From positions 1 through 26,973 of the IMG/VR virus record IMGVR_UViG_3300032332_001437: a stretch of DNA of 26,973 bases; one strand, written 5' to 3'. Numbering within the stretch: the stretch's first letter is position 1; each line of letters begins with the position of its first letter. The notes under the pieces were generated by a model. That model ran no database searches, was not told where the DNA came from, and saw only the letters and a program-made list of their open reading frames with translations. Source of the stretch: a virus. Lineage: Duplodnaviria; Caudoviricetes. Below are positions 1 to 8,493 of the stretch, piece after piece. The position numbers and the translations under genes were made by a program.

Positions 1-293
1 CGTCCGCGCACGCGCCAACATGGACTTGTTCCGTTGGTCGTCGTGTAGATCTCGTCCTCGATCCTGATGTCTTGATCGCCGACGAAGTACATCGTTCCGG
101 TCGTGCGCGTGTTCGCCCGTCCCTCGAATGGATCCTCCGACTGTGCGGACGGCTGCAGGAATCCCTGTAGAGTCAGGGTTGGATCCTTCGGAAGATACGA
201 CCAAGAGGAAGTTCCATCGGATTTCGCAGCGACCGTCGGACGGTAGACGTAGAACGTTCGCCCGAACCTGTAGATCAGCGACTCGATGCTCAC
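1..293 (-). CDS. Head-tail adaptor / head-closure protein (partial, runs off the window edge)
   Basis: Not in the ORF track. GTG at 293 overlaps the TGA of the upstream gene; reads MSIESLIYRFGRTFYVYRPT...GFLQP...DIRIEDEI...WRVRG with no stop. Position after the connector and beta-rich pattern fit SPP1 gp16-like proteins. Confidence 0.65.
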   Translation of the reverse strand, partial: MSIESLIYRFGRTFYVYRPTVAAKSDGTSSWSYLPKDPTLTLQGFLQPSAQSEDPFEGRANTRTTGTMYFVGDQDIRIEDEIYTTTNGTSPCWRVRG

Positions 294-1105
294 AGGATCC
301 TCCGGTACTGCTGCAGCGTCGTCTTCGCTTCGGCGTCGATCTCGGCAGACGATCGTGTGCTGTACGAATATCCACCGAGCGATTCCGACGCCAAGCCTCC
401 GTCGCGCTTTCTTCCGTAGTACATGCGCGACGCGATCGACATCGTGGCTTCCTGCACGTCATAGGGGATCGTGGCATATCCGGCCGTGTAGTCGACGAAC
501 AGCGCCTTGTATCCGGCGATCTGCGGGCCGTAGACGATTCCCGTCGTGAGATCAGCCTGATAGTCGAACAGTCCTCCGCTCCACGCGGAGAGATAGCAAG
601 TCGAGTACTTCAGGCTTCGGCCGGCGGTCTTTCGGAGATAGTTCGATGGGAGGTTCAGAAGAGATGTCGCTGAGAATCCCGCAATGCCCGAGATGTATGA
701 AGCCATCTCCGCAGTAGTCTCGCGGCTGACAAACGTGATGGATTGATTCGACTCCGCTCCCGTACTCGTCACGCGATGAAGATGAACGTGGTCGGTGTCG
801 ACTGCGACGCTAACCATCACATCCGTCGGATCCGTCGAGTTGATTGATATCGCGTGATTCCAATCGACGCCGACGAAGCGGATCACGCTGACCGGATACT
901 GGTTCAGCGCAAGCCTACGCTGTCCCGACGTGTCGTAGGTCTCCCTGTAGACCTGCTCCGTGAACACGCGTCCGCAGTACGATTCGACGGTCTTGCTTGC
1001 CCTGTCGATGCACTTCTCGAGGACGGCGTCATCGGTCGTCGCCGTGATGCCGAGGTTCAACTTCAAGTCCGCAAGGGTGATGAGGCTTTTCGCGTCTACG
1101 GCCAT
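290..1105 (-). CDS. Head-tail connector (HK97 gp6 / SPP1 gp15-like) with a central insertion
   Basis: N-terminal LITLADLKLNLGI...DDAVLEKCIDRASKTVESYCGRVF and C-terminal VDYTAGYATIPYDVQEA...SESLGGYSYS motifs; lies downstream of the capsid genes. Confidence 0.85.
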   Translation of the reverse strand: MAVDAKSLITLADLKLNLGITATTDDAVLEKCIDRASKTVESYCGRVFTEQVYRETYDTSGQRRLALNQYPVSVIRFVGVDWNHAISINSTDPTDVMVSVAVDTDHVHLHRVTSTGAESNQSITFVSRETTAEMASYISGIAGFSATSLLNLPSNYLRKTAGRSLKYSTCYLSAWSGGLFDYQADLTTGIVYGPQIAGYKALFVDYTAGYATIPYDVQEATMSIASRMYYGRKRDGGLASESLGGYSYSTRSSAEIDAEAKTTLQQYRRIL

Positions 1106-1107
1106 CG

Positions 1108-1326
1108 CTACTCCTTCGATCTCTTCATCGGCTTGGAAAGCACCGACGGCGAGTCGGTGAACAGCGGAGCAGCGGCCGCGATGCGCATGACGTAGCCACG
1201 CTTCAGGAGGTCAGCCGTCTCGCGGCCGGCTAGGTTCGCGACCGTCCCGGGACGAAGATCCTGCCGGCCGCGCTTGGGGTCGTAGACGGAGAACGGCTTG
1301 ATCACCAACCATAGGTCATCCGACAT
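1108..1326 (-). CDS. Small hypothetical protein of the head module
   Basis: 72-aa ORF with GGAG upstream, ending 2 nt before the connector start. Confidence 0.65.
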   Translation of the reverse strand: MSDDLWLVIKPFSVYDPKRGRQDLRPGTVANLAGRETADLLKRGYVMRIAAAAPLFTDSPSVLSKPMKRSKE

Positions 1327-1350
1327 TCCCGATTCTCCGATTGTCCCGGG

Positions 1351-1428
1351 CAGCCTATAGGGCTGCGTAGGGCTGCGGCCCTAGGGACGGCCGTCGAACC
1401 GTCCCGCAGGACGGATGGCCTAGGACTG
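1351..1428. repeat. Intergenic CTAG/CTATAG element, copy 1
   Basis: 1389-1428 aligns without gaps to 21681-21720 (27/40 identical, ending ctaggactg); cagcctatagg is at both 1351-1361 and 21667-21677. Confidence 0.6.
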
Positions 1429-2454
1429 TCACCGAGGCAGCGTATAGGGCGGGCGTCCGTTGTCGATGTACTCGGGATGGTACTGGTGGACAGCCATGAA
1501 GCCGTCGTCGGGCCAAGTGACGACCAACTGAAGGTGGCCGATCCGGACGCGCGGACAGAGGCAGACGCGCTTGCCGGCGTCGTTCAAGCGCATCCAAAAG
1601 GTGATGTCGTCGTCGACCTTGCCCTCGTTCCACCCGCCGTTCGGATCGGGCTTCGAGTGGAACAGCGGACGCGGGAGACCGGCAAGGGCCGAGGTTCGGA
1701 TCATCGTCAGTCCGAAGTGGCCGGTGTAGATGTCGACGACGTCGGTCTGTAGAGTCTCCTCGTCGACCGTCGCATGGAATCCACCCTTGCCGTCCTTGAT
1801 GCTGCACAGCGCGTTCACACGATCGCGCTGAATCTGCATCGGACAGACGGCCGCAACGTCCTTGTTCGCATCCATGATCTGCCACAGCCGGACGATGTCA
1901 TGTTGGTCGAACACCGAGTCGTAGTCCACCGTCAGGATGTACTCGACGCCGTCGGCGATCGCCTGCTCCATCATGCGCTCGAGGCATTGGCTCCAAAAGA
2001 CGCCCGTCGCGCGCTGCGCCTCGATGCCGAGCCGCATGCATGACTCATGCAGGACGGACATCGTCGTGGTCCAAGCGATCCTCGGAAGCGACATGATCGC
2101 GCGGACGTTGCGCATCGGAAGTTCAGGATCGGGGAGGTCATAGCGCATCGCCGTCGCGACGAGCATTCCCTCGGGCGACTTGATCATGCCCGTCAGCATG
2201 AATCCCGCGTGGTCGAGCGCGCGCTGAAGTTTCGTCCGGTTCCAAATGGACTTGAACCGTCCGTTGTCGAGCATCAGCATTTCCGCGCTGCCCGATCCCG
2301 ATTTGTACGAGACGATCGCCTGATCGAAGTCGGGAACCTGCATGCGGAGACGCTGCTTCGGCTTCATCTCCAAAGCCACCTGCTGCAGATGCTTGATCGC
2401 GTCGTCCGTCCGCAGTTCCGCGAGGATGAATCCGATGTCCTTGTAATCGTCCAT
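1429..2454 (-). CDS. GT-A fold (family 2-like) glycosyltransferase with an N-terminal degenerate SAM-methyltransferase-like segment
   Basis: DxD motif in TVDYDSVF, plus GHFGLTMIR and DDDITFW...IGHL. The N-terminus MKPKQRLRMQVPDF...KSIWNRTKLQRALDHAGF resembles the C-terminal half of class I methyltransferases. AGGAG SD upstream. Confidence 0.8.
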   Translation of the reverse strand: MDDYKDIGFILAELRTDDAIKHLQQVALEMKPKQRLRMQVPDFDQAIVSYKSGSGSAEMLMLDNGRFKSIWNRTKLQRALDHAGFMLTGMIKSPEGMLVATAMRYDLPDPELPMRNVRAIMSLPRIAWTTTMSVLHESCMRLGIEAQRATGVFWSQCLERMMEQAIADGVEYILTVDYDSVFDQHDIVRLWQIMDANKDVAAVCPMQIQRDRVNALCSIKDGKGGFHATVDEETLQTDVVDIYTGHFGLTMIRTSALAGLPRPLFHSKPDPNGGWNEGKVDDDITFWMRLNDAGKRVCLCPRVRIGHLQLVVTWPDDGFMAVHQYHPEYIDNGRPPYTLPR

Positions 2455-2471
2455 GCTGTCTCCTTGATCTC

Positions 2472-2477
2472 ATCATA
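2472..2477 (-). promoter_or_regulatory. Possible -10 element (TATGAT) for the glycosyltransferase gene
   Basis: TATGAT lies just after the terminator U-tract and ~18 nt before the ATG; no clear -35. Confidence 0.3.
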
Positions 2478-2480
2478 GCC

Positions 2481-2518
2481 AAAAGCGGCCGCGCGGCCCA
2501 CAGGGAGCCGCGCGGCCG
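2481..2518 (-). terminator. Rho-independent terminator after the capsid/decoration genes
   Basis: Minus strand CGGCCGCGCGGC-loop-GCCGCGCGGCCG followed by CTTTT. Confidence 0.75.
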
Positions 2519-2538
2519 AGAGAGAGGAGGATCGCCGC

Positions 2539-2946
2539 TCAGATGTTGGCGACGTTGACCGAGTTCGCGAAAGCAGCGGTCGTAGGCGAGTCCTTCGACG
2601 CGTTGTACAGGATCGCTGTGATCTGCGAACAGGCTGTGGCCGCAAGGCCGAGGGTCGGCCTGATGTATCGCTTTCGTCCGCGAAGGTCGACGTTCCAAAC
2701 GCACTTCGCGGTGGTGGTGACGGCCGTCGTGGTCACGAAGGTGACGCCGGTGGTGACGGTCGAGAACGTCGAGTTGTCATCGGACTCCTCGAGGATCGTG
2801 TTGGCCGCCGTCGTGTGAAGGCCACCAGTTGTGTTGGTCGACGCCACGAAGGTAGCGTACGAGTATCCGATGCAGTCGACCGACGATGCAAGGGTTGTGA
2901 CGTTCGTGGCGCTGAAGGCCACGCTGACTTTGGGTTGGACTCGCAT
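2539..2946 (-). CDS. Putative capsid decoration/cement protein (Thr-rich, beta-rich)
   Basis: 135 aa, directly after the major capsid gene with AGGAG SD and before a terminator; LEESDDNSTFS...RKRYIR pattern seen in post-capsid beta-sandwich proteins. Confidence 0.6.
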   Translation of the reverse strand: MRVQPKVSVAFSATNVTTLASSVDCIGYSYATFVASTNTTGGLHTTAANTILEESDDNSTFSTVTTGVTFVTTTAVTTTAKCVWNVDLRGRKRYIRPTLGLAATACSQITAILYNASKDSPTTAAFANSVNVANI

Positions 2947-2965
2947 GTGTGTGTTCTCCTAGGAA

Positions 2966-4357
2966 TCAGAGGGTCATCTTGATCATCGCGCCGGACGCCG
3001 AGGAACTTCCGCAGTTCGCGCAGACGATGTCGAACCGCTGCGAACCACGGATGACGCGCTCGTCCTGCTCGAACGCGTTCAGCGCCGAATCGGAGAACGC
3101 GATCTGAGTCGAGCGACGATCGCCGAGGTAACAACCCTGCTGCATGTCGCCGATGTAGGCGAACACAGCGCCGGCACCCGACGGGTTGGCCGAAAGCACC
3201 TGAGTGAACTCGACCGGATAGCCGAGGAAGGAAGGCGTGGCGATGCCACGCGCGATCTCAGTCGCCATTGCACCAGTCGCGGCACCGCTGCCGGTCGCGT
3301 ACATCAGGCGCTCGAACACGGCGTGGTACACCGACTTGTTGCAGAAGATCTTGATGTTCCCGCGCTGAGCGGCCCAACCGGGCAACTTGCCAAGGCCTGC
3401 GCTGATCTCGGCAAGCGTGACGCCCGACGTCGCAGTCGCAGCGCCGTCGCTGATCTGATAGGTCGCGTCGGTCAGGACGTTCTTCAGGCCGACGATCTGA
3501 CCGTAGGACGAAGTGCCGTCGCCGTTGAAGCCGGCGTCATCCTCCTTGTAGGAGAACGCATACGCGATCTCGCCCGCGATGTCGTCGCCGATGTTCACGA
3601 CGGCATCCTCGAGCAGTTCGTTGCTCACGGTCGTCAGCGCCATCAACTTCTTCGCCACGAGGTTGACCTGATCGAGAGTCTGAGTGCTCTCGGTGCCGGC
3701 GACCATCTCGCCGACGAAGTACGCGGTGAGGCCGGCAGCGCGCTTCGGGATGCGCAGCGTGTCCGACGCCATCGGCCACACGCGGGCGTTGCGACGGAAG
3801 ACGCCGTACTGCTCACGAAGAGTGACCAGTTCGCTCTCGAACTCGTCGGGAACGAGGAAGCCGCCCTGCACGTTGACGCCTTCGCTGTGCGCCTTGCGGA
3901 GGATGATGCCGTTGTCGTTGCAGAACTGAGCCGACTTCTTGTGGCCCATCGCGCCGAGGCACCACGAACCGAATCGGAACGCGGAGGACTTGTCCTTGAA
4001 GTGCTTCAGGCGTCCGTAGACGCGCGCCGACTCCCACGCCTTCGGCTCGGCCGTCACGGCGAACTTCGGTGCGTCCTTGACTGCGCCGGACATCGCCGAA
4101 CGCACGCTCTTGGTGATCTGCTCTTCGAGCACGGAGGTCTCCTGATTCTTCGCCGATTCAGTCATGGGCGCTTCCGCGCCTGCCGGGAGGATGTGGACGT
4201 CGAGCGTCTCCGGATCGACGGCCATGCCGTTCGAGTCCGTGATCATGTAGTCGCCCTCGAGGATCAACTTCTTCTGATGCAGCACGCCCTTCTCGCCCTT
4301 GATCTTGGCGGCTTGGGTAAGTGCGTCCTTGAACTCGCTGATGGTGATGGTCTTCAT
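2966..4357 (-). CDS. Major capsid protein, HK97 fold, with N-terminal scaffold (delta) domain
   Basis: GGFLVPDEF, AYFVGE, KKLMALTTVSNELLEDA, FLGYPV and YIGDM motifs; follows the prohead protease. Confidence 0.95.
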   Translation of the reverse strand: MKTITISEFKDALTQAAKIKGEKGVLHQKKLILEGDYMITDSNGMAVDPETLDVHILPAGAEAPMTESAKNQETSVLEEQITKSVRSAMSGAVKDAPKFAVTAEPKAWESARVYGRLKHFKDKSSAFRFGSWCLGAMGHKKSAQFCNDNGIILRKAHSEGVNVQGGFLVPDEFESELVTLREQYGVFRRNARVWPMASDTLRIPKRAAGLTAYFVGEMVAGTESTQTLDQVNLVAKKLMALTTVSNELLEDAVVNIGDDIAGEIAYAFSYKEDDAGFNGDGTSSYGQIVGLKNVLTDATYQISDGAATATSGVTLAEISAGLGKLPGWAAQRGNIKIFCNKSVYHAVFERLMYATGSGAATGAMATEIARGIATPSFLGYPVEFTQVLSANPSGAGAVFAYIGDMQQGCYLGDRRSTQIAFSDSALNAFEQDERVIRGSQRFDIVCANCGSSSASGAMIKMTL

Positions 4358-4420
4358 GTTTGTTCTCCGTGCGCCGTGTCCCGCGAGGAATGCTTGCAGG
4401 GCGTTCCGTAGGCAATCCGG

Positions 4421-5095
4421 TCAGGCGTAAAGCGCACCTTTCCGTCGTGCGACTTCTCGACGCACGATGGCTGCGACATCAATCGGACGGTCGTCCGCGC
4501 GGGATGAGTCCGAAAGCGCCGGCATCTCGATCGTCACGACCGTCCGCTTTGGAGCGTCGATGCCGAAGTAGGCCTTGGCAGCGCCCGGGCTGATCATGCC
4601 CTTCTTGACGGCCGTGATCAGCGCGTCGGGATTGCACTGAAGGGGCGCAAGGCTGATCTCGAGCAGTTTCCACCGACTGAAGATCGTGTGAACCATGTCG
4701 CCGTACTTCTTCCGGTCGACGTCGGTCGCGCGTCGCGTTCCGTTCGGCTCGGCCGCATATCCGACGCTGACTCCACGGACGATTCCTTGGCCGACGAGCG
4801 CTGCTGCGACCTCGGGAAAGAACTCGCCTTGATATCCATCGGGACGCTTTGCGAAGACGAAGTCGCCGACGATGTCACGCTCACGACGCTTCAGGCCCAC
4901 GGCGCGGCCGACAGGCTTCGAGTAGTCGTGGTTCCAAAACAGAACGGGATTCGTGTCGAACTCGCGGCTGTTCATGCCGGCGGGAATCAGCACTTCTCCA
5001 TCGCGATCCAATGTCTCGGCCGTGATCGTGGCGGTGAATCCCGACGCCGTCGTGTCGATCGACGCTGTAAGCGCCTTGCGGATCATCGTGGTCAT
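4421..5095 (-). CDS. HK97-family prohead (maturation) protease
   Basis: LDRDGEVL, NPVLFWNHD...PVGRA, RGVSVGY and LLEISLAPLQCNPDA motifs. Start moved to ATG 5095 (ATGA overlap with the portal stop). Confidence 0.92.
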   Translation of the reverse strand: MTTMIRKALTASIDTTASGFTATITAETLDRDGEVLIPAGMNSREFDTNPVLFWNHDYSKPVGRAVGLKRRERDIVGDFVFAKRPDGYQGEFFPEVAAALVGQGIVRGVSVGYAAEPNGTRRATDVDRKKYGDMVHTIFSRWKLLEISLAPLQCNPDALITAVKKGMISPGAAKAYFGIDAPKRTVVTIEMPALSDSSRADDRPIDVAAIVRREVARRKGALYA

Positions 5096-8000
5096 GCCGG
5101 CTCCTTCCAAGGTCCGTTCTGCATCGCCAAGTCCTTCTCCATGTCCTTGATGATCGACTCGTAGTCGTCGATCAGTTTCGGTTGCATCGAGCACCTGCAG
5201 TTCGGATGCAGCGGTGGGCCGTCGACGGCCTCGTAGTCGAGAGTCATCTCGTTTCCGTCCGCTCCCTTCAGCACGGTGCCTTGTCCGAAGAACGGCTCGT
5301 TGATTCCGACGGATTCCGTCCCGAATGCGTCGGCCGCAGCCTGACAGAACTCGCACGGATCGGGAGCAAGCAGCCACGTCTTGCCTTCGACAAGTCCAGT
5401 TGACTTCCACGCTTCGGATTCGGCCTTGCGCGTCGCGCGGTTTGCTTCGGTTCGCGCGATCGTCAACGCACGCGACTGCGTCGCGCGGGCTGCGTCGCCC
5501 TTCTCGCCCGCCCATTCACGGACGCGATCAGCCAACTGCTTCGGCGTCTCGCCGGACTCGATGCCGTCGCCGAGGATCTTGCTCACGCGCACCTTCGTGT
5601 ACTCGTTGACGCCACGCGCGACTCCTCGAGAGAGACGAACGGATTCGGAACGCGCATATGCATCGAGGTTCGCCGTGTCCGGATTGAAGTCAGGCATTGC
5701 CTTGGCGAGTTGCTTGACCGAATCGAGTCCGATGCTGATGCCGTTCTCGAGCGAACGCTGAAGGTACGGTCGCAACGCCTCGACGAGTTCGCGATCCCAA
5801 CGAGCGCTCTTCAGGACGGACTCGACCTCGAGCGTGAGTTCTCGAGACGGGATCGTCGACGCGTTCAACTTCTTGATGACGGCGTCGATCTGCCGCTGCA
5901 GGACCTTGTCAACGGCGCGACCGATTCGGCTTTCGTCCTCGGTGATCGCGTCGAACTGCTTGGCGACGTCCTTGCGCGATGCCTTCGTGGCGATCGCGTA
6001 TGACTCCGATTCCATCGACCACAGGGCCTTCTGCGAGACGGTTCCGTCGCACCCGCAGTCGCAGCCGGCCGACTTCCTACGACGGACGGGCTTGACCTTG
6101 GACAGTTTCGGATCACTCGACGATGCATACATCGAGGCGAGAAGGTCGTGACTGTCGACTTCCGTGGTGTTGCCGCTCGCGTCGCGCACCGTGTAGAGTT
6201 GGCGTCGGTCGGTTCGGCTGTTCGGATTCTCGACGCGCGACGAAACGCGCTCGTAGCCCATCGCCGACAGGCCCGCGTCGAACTGATCCACCGTCATGCG
6301 CCTCGGATTGGCCGGCAGCGCGACGTCATGCTTCTTCGGTGCATCGAGTTTCGGACTCGGAGGCTTCGGGGACGAAGCGGATGCCGATGAACCGGACGAC
6401 GATCCATCCGATGCGCAGTCGTTCCCGGGCTTGAAGCCTCCTGCGCCCGAACCGCAGTCCTTGGTGCAGAGCGATTCGTCGACGCACTCGGAGATCCACT
6501 TGGCGAACATCTCGCCGTCCCATTTGGCGAACATCTCGACGTCCCATTCCTCGGACTTCTCTCCTCGCTGTCGGTCGAACTCGTCGCGCTTCCGCTTGGC
6601 CCAAGACCAACCTTCGTCGCCACCCCATCCCATCCATGCTTGCCATCCCGCGCCCTGTTCGTCCCAAGTCTGTCCCTGCTTGTCGGACTGATGACGCTCG
6701 AAGTACGCGACCATTCGCCTGATCGTGTCCTCGGAAAGCGACACCCGGTTCGATAGGTCGCGCGCACGGGCGATGCCGACGGCCGTCATCCCGCGCTGCG
6801 ATTCCGGCTTGGATTCGCGGACGTCAAGGGCGCGTCGTGCGTTGTCAGCGACGACCTGCGGTGGCTTCGTGTCGACGTCGCCGATGGCCTTCTGCTTCTC
6901 GCCCTCGCACATGGAGATCGCGATCGCGATGGCCTGATCCTGCGGATAGCCCTCGCCCATCAACTTGCTGATCTTCTCGCCGACGCACGGATCAGTCGCC
7001 TTCTCGTCGACAGCGCCGAGGATGTGCTGCGGGTTGCCGTGGCATCCACATGAGGCAGACTTCGTAGCAAGGGCAGTCTCAGCCTGTGCGGCTTGATCCG
7101 TTCCGTCCGTGCCGTCAGATGCGACGGACGCCGTAGCGGCAGGCTCCGTGGCCGTAGCGGGCAGGATCGGCATCGCGGGCGGGACGGCCGGCTGTGGAAC
7201 GCCACCGAGCGGCTGATTGGAGAATAGGAGACGGTCGGCCGCCGGATCGTCGACACGCTCGAGGCCCTCGCGGACGCGGGCCTCGTTGACCGTCATCAGT
7301 CCCGTCGCGACCGACGTGCGCGCCTTCTCGAACTCGAAGCGCTCGTCTGCCATGACTGGATTGTCGTAGGCAAGGAACGCGTCGCCCTCGATGCCGAAGA
7401 GAGGAAGAAGAGACTGGTTCAGCACTTCCTCGTCCATCCGAAGCAGCGGAAGGATCGTGTTGGACTTCCACGACGCGAAGCCGACCGTCGCCGATGCGAG
7501 GTTGGGATCGTTGGCCTTAAGCATCGAGACGGGAACGCCGAACACGGCAGCGATCTCCTCGACGATCTCCGATCGGCCGGCAAGGTCCTTCGGTGGGAAC
7601 GAGAGCGGCTTGATGTCGATGTCGGTTGACGCCGTGAGGAAGCGCCCTGTTCGACGACCTCCGCGCAACTTCTCGTCGATCTGCGTCTCGAGTCGCTCGA
7701 GTTCCTCCGCGCTGACAGCGCCCTTGATCGTCATCAGCCAGTCGGGACGGGCCTTGTTCGCAAAGAAGTGGAAGTCCATGTTGTGGACCTCCTCGTTGGA
7801 CTGGACAGCGCCCCAAGCAGCCTCGACCTTTCCGATGCCGTAGTACATGTCGGCGGGATTCGGCCGCTTGAAGTGAATCACCTCGTCGGGAGCGAAGAAC
7901 CTCCGCTGTTCGCGAGTCGCGCCATACAGGTATCCGTCGAGGAATCGCTCCTTGCCCGGGATGATCTCGACCCATTGCGAAGGCATCGTCCACAGTTCGA

Positions 8001-8493
8001 CGGGAATCCCGAGCGTACGGTCGATCACGGGATGCAGATACGCGTTGCCCGTCAGTTCGGTGTACAGCACTCGAAGGACGGTCGCGTCATATCCGTTCTG
8101 ATACGGGTTGACCTTCTCGAGCAGGTCGAGGACAGGATGGTTCTCCGTCACGACCTCGAACTCGTCGCCGTACTCAGCAGCCTTCCGCATGACGTGGCGC
8201 GACGGGAGTTGATCGAGGCCGCCGGCAAGGAACGCCTTCGTCCTTCGCGATACGGGCCGCGTCTCGTAGAGTTTCATGCCCGGACGCGAACGAACGTAGA
8301 GCCGAAGAGGCTGAGACGCGACGGCGACGGCGTTCAGGTTCGCGGCCGCATATACCCACGACGAGTAGGACTTGACGGCCGCTGCGTACGAGAACGGCTG
8401 CTTCTTCGCATCCTCGCCCTGCGACACGCGCATGGACGCGCGGAGATAGTTGACGTTGTTGAAGGCGGCCTTGATGCGCGAGAGCATGTTCAT
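5092..8493 (-). CDS. Portal protein fused via a multi-module insert to a MuF / SPP1 gp7-like minor head domain
   Basis: N-terminal HK97 portal motifs (LTGNAY, PDEVIHFK, YYGIG, EEIAAVFGVP, MTVNEAR) and C-terminal MuF motifs (IARTE, KTWL, CEFC, PPLHPNCRC). Start placed at ATG 8493 (TGATG overlap with the terminase stop), ~1133 aa. Confidence 0.9.
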   Translation of the reverse strand: MNMLSRIKAAFNNVNYLRASMRVSQGEDAKKQPFSYAAAVKSYSSWVYAAANLNAVAVASQPLRLYVRSRPGMKLYETRPVSRRTKAFLAGGLDQLPSRHVMRKAAEYGDEFEVVTENHPVLDLLEKVNPYQNGYDATVLRVLYTELTGNAYLHPVIDRTLGIPVELWTMPSQWVEIIPGKERFLDGYLYGATREQRRFFAPDEVIHFKRPNPADMYYGIGKVEAAWGAVQSNEEVHNMDFHFFANKARPDWLMTIKGAVSAEELERLETQIDEKLRGGRRTGRFLTASTDIDIKPLSFPPKDLAGRSEIVEEIAAVFGVPVSMLKANDPNLASATVGFASWKSNTILPLLRMDEEVLNQSLLPLFGIEGDAFLAYDNPVMADERFEFEKARTSVATGLMTVNEARVREGLERVDDPAADRLLFSNQPLGGVPQPAVPPAMPILPATATEPAATASVASDGTDGTDQAAQAETALATKSASCGCHGNPQHILGAVDEKATDPCVGEKISKLMGEGYPQDQAIAIAISMCEGEKQKAIGDVDTKPPQVVADNARRALDVRESKPESQRGMTAVGIARARDLSNRVSLSEDTIRRMVAYFERHQSDKQGQTWDEQGAGWQAWMGWGGDEGWSWAKRKRDEFDRQRGEKSEEWDVEMFAKWDGEMFAKWISECVDESLCTKDCGSGAGGFKPGNDCASDGSSSGSSASASSPKPPSPKLDAPKKHDVALPANPRRMTVDQFDAGLSAMGYERVSSRVENPNSRTDRRQLYTVRDASGNTTEVDSHDLLASMYASSSDPKLSKVKPVRRRKSAGCDCGCDGTVSQKALWSMESESYAIATKASRKDVAKQFDAITEDESRIGRAVDKVLQRQIDAVIKKLNASTIPSRELTLEVESVLKSARWDRELVEALRPYLQRSLENGISIGLDSVKQLAKAMPDFNPDTANLDAYARSESVRLSRGVARGVNEYTKVRVSKILGDGIESGETPKQLADRVREWAGEKGDAARATQSRALTIARTEANRATRKAESEAWKSTGLVEGKTWLLAPDPCEFCQAAADAFGTESVGINEPFFGQGTVLKGADGNEMTLDYEAVDGPPLHPNCRCSMQPKLIDDYESIIKDMEKDLAMQNGPWKEPA
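6496..6548. repeat. In-frame 24-bp tandem repeat inside the portal fusion
   Basis: ccacttggcgaacatctcgccgtc / ccatttggcgaacatctcgacgtc / ccatt, encoding WDVEMFAKWDGEMFAKW. Confidence 0.9.

Noticed and set aside
3323-4411. Long plus-strand ORFs (e.g. 3323-4411, 7768-8682, 22743-23861, 24572-25630)
   Set aside because: Antisense shadows of well-supported minus-strand genes, expected in high-GC DNA; no motifs.
5092-5200. MuF polymorphic toxin
   Set aside because: Only ~30 residues follow the HPNCRC motif; there is no C-terminal toxin domain or immunity gene.
5096-5515. N-terminal extension of the prohead protease in the ORF track
   Set aside because: It overlaps the MuF coding region out of frame; the ATGA coupling at 5095 gives a normal-sized protease.
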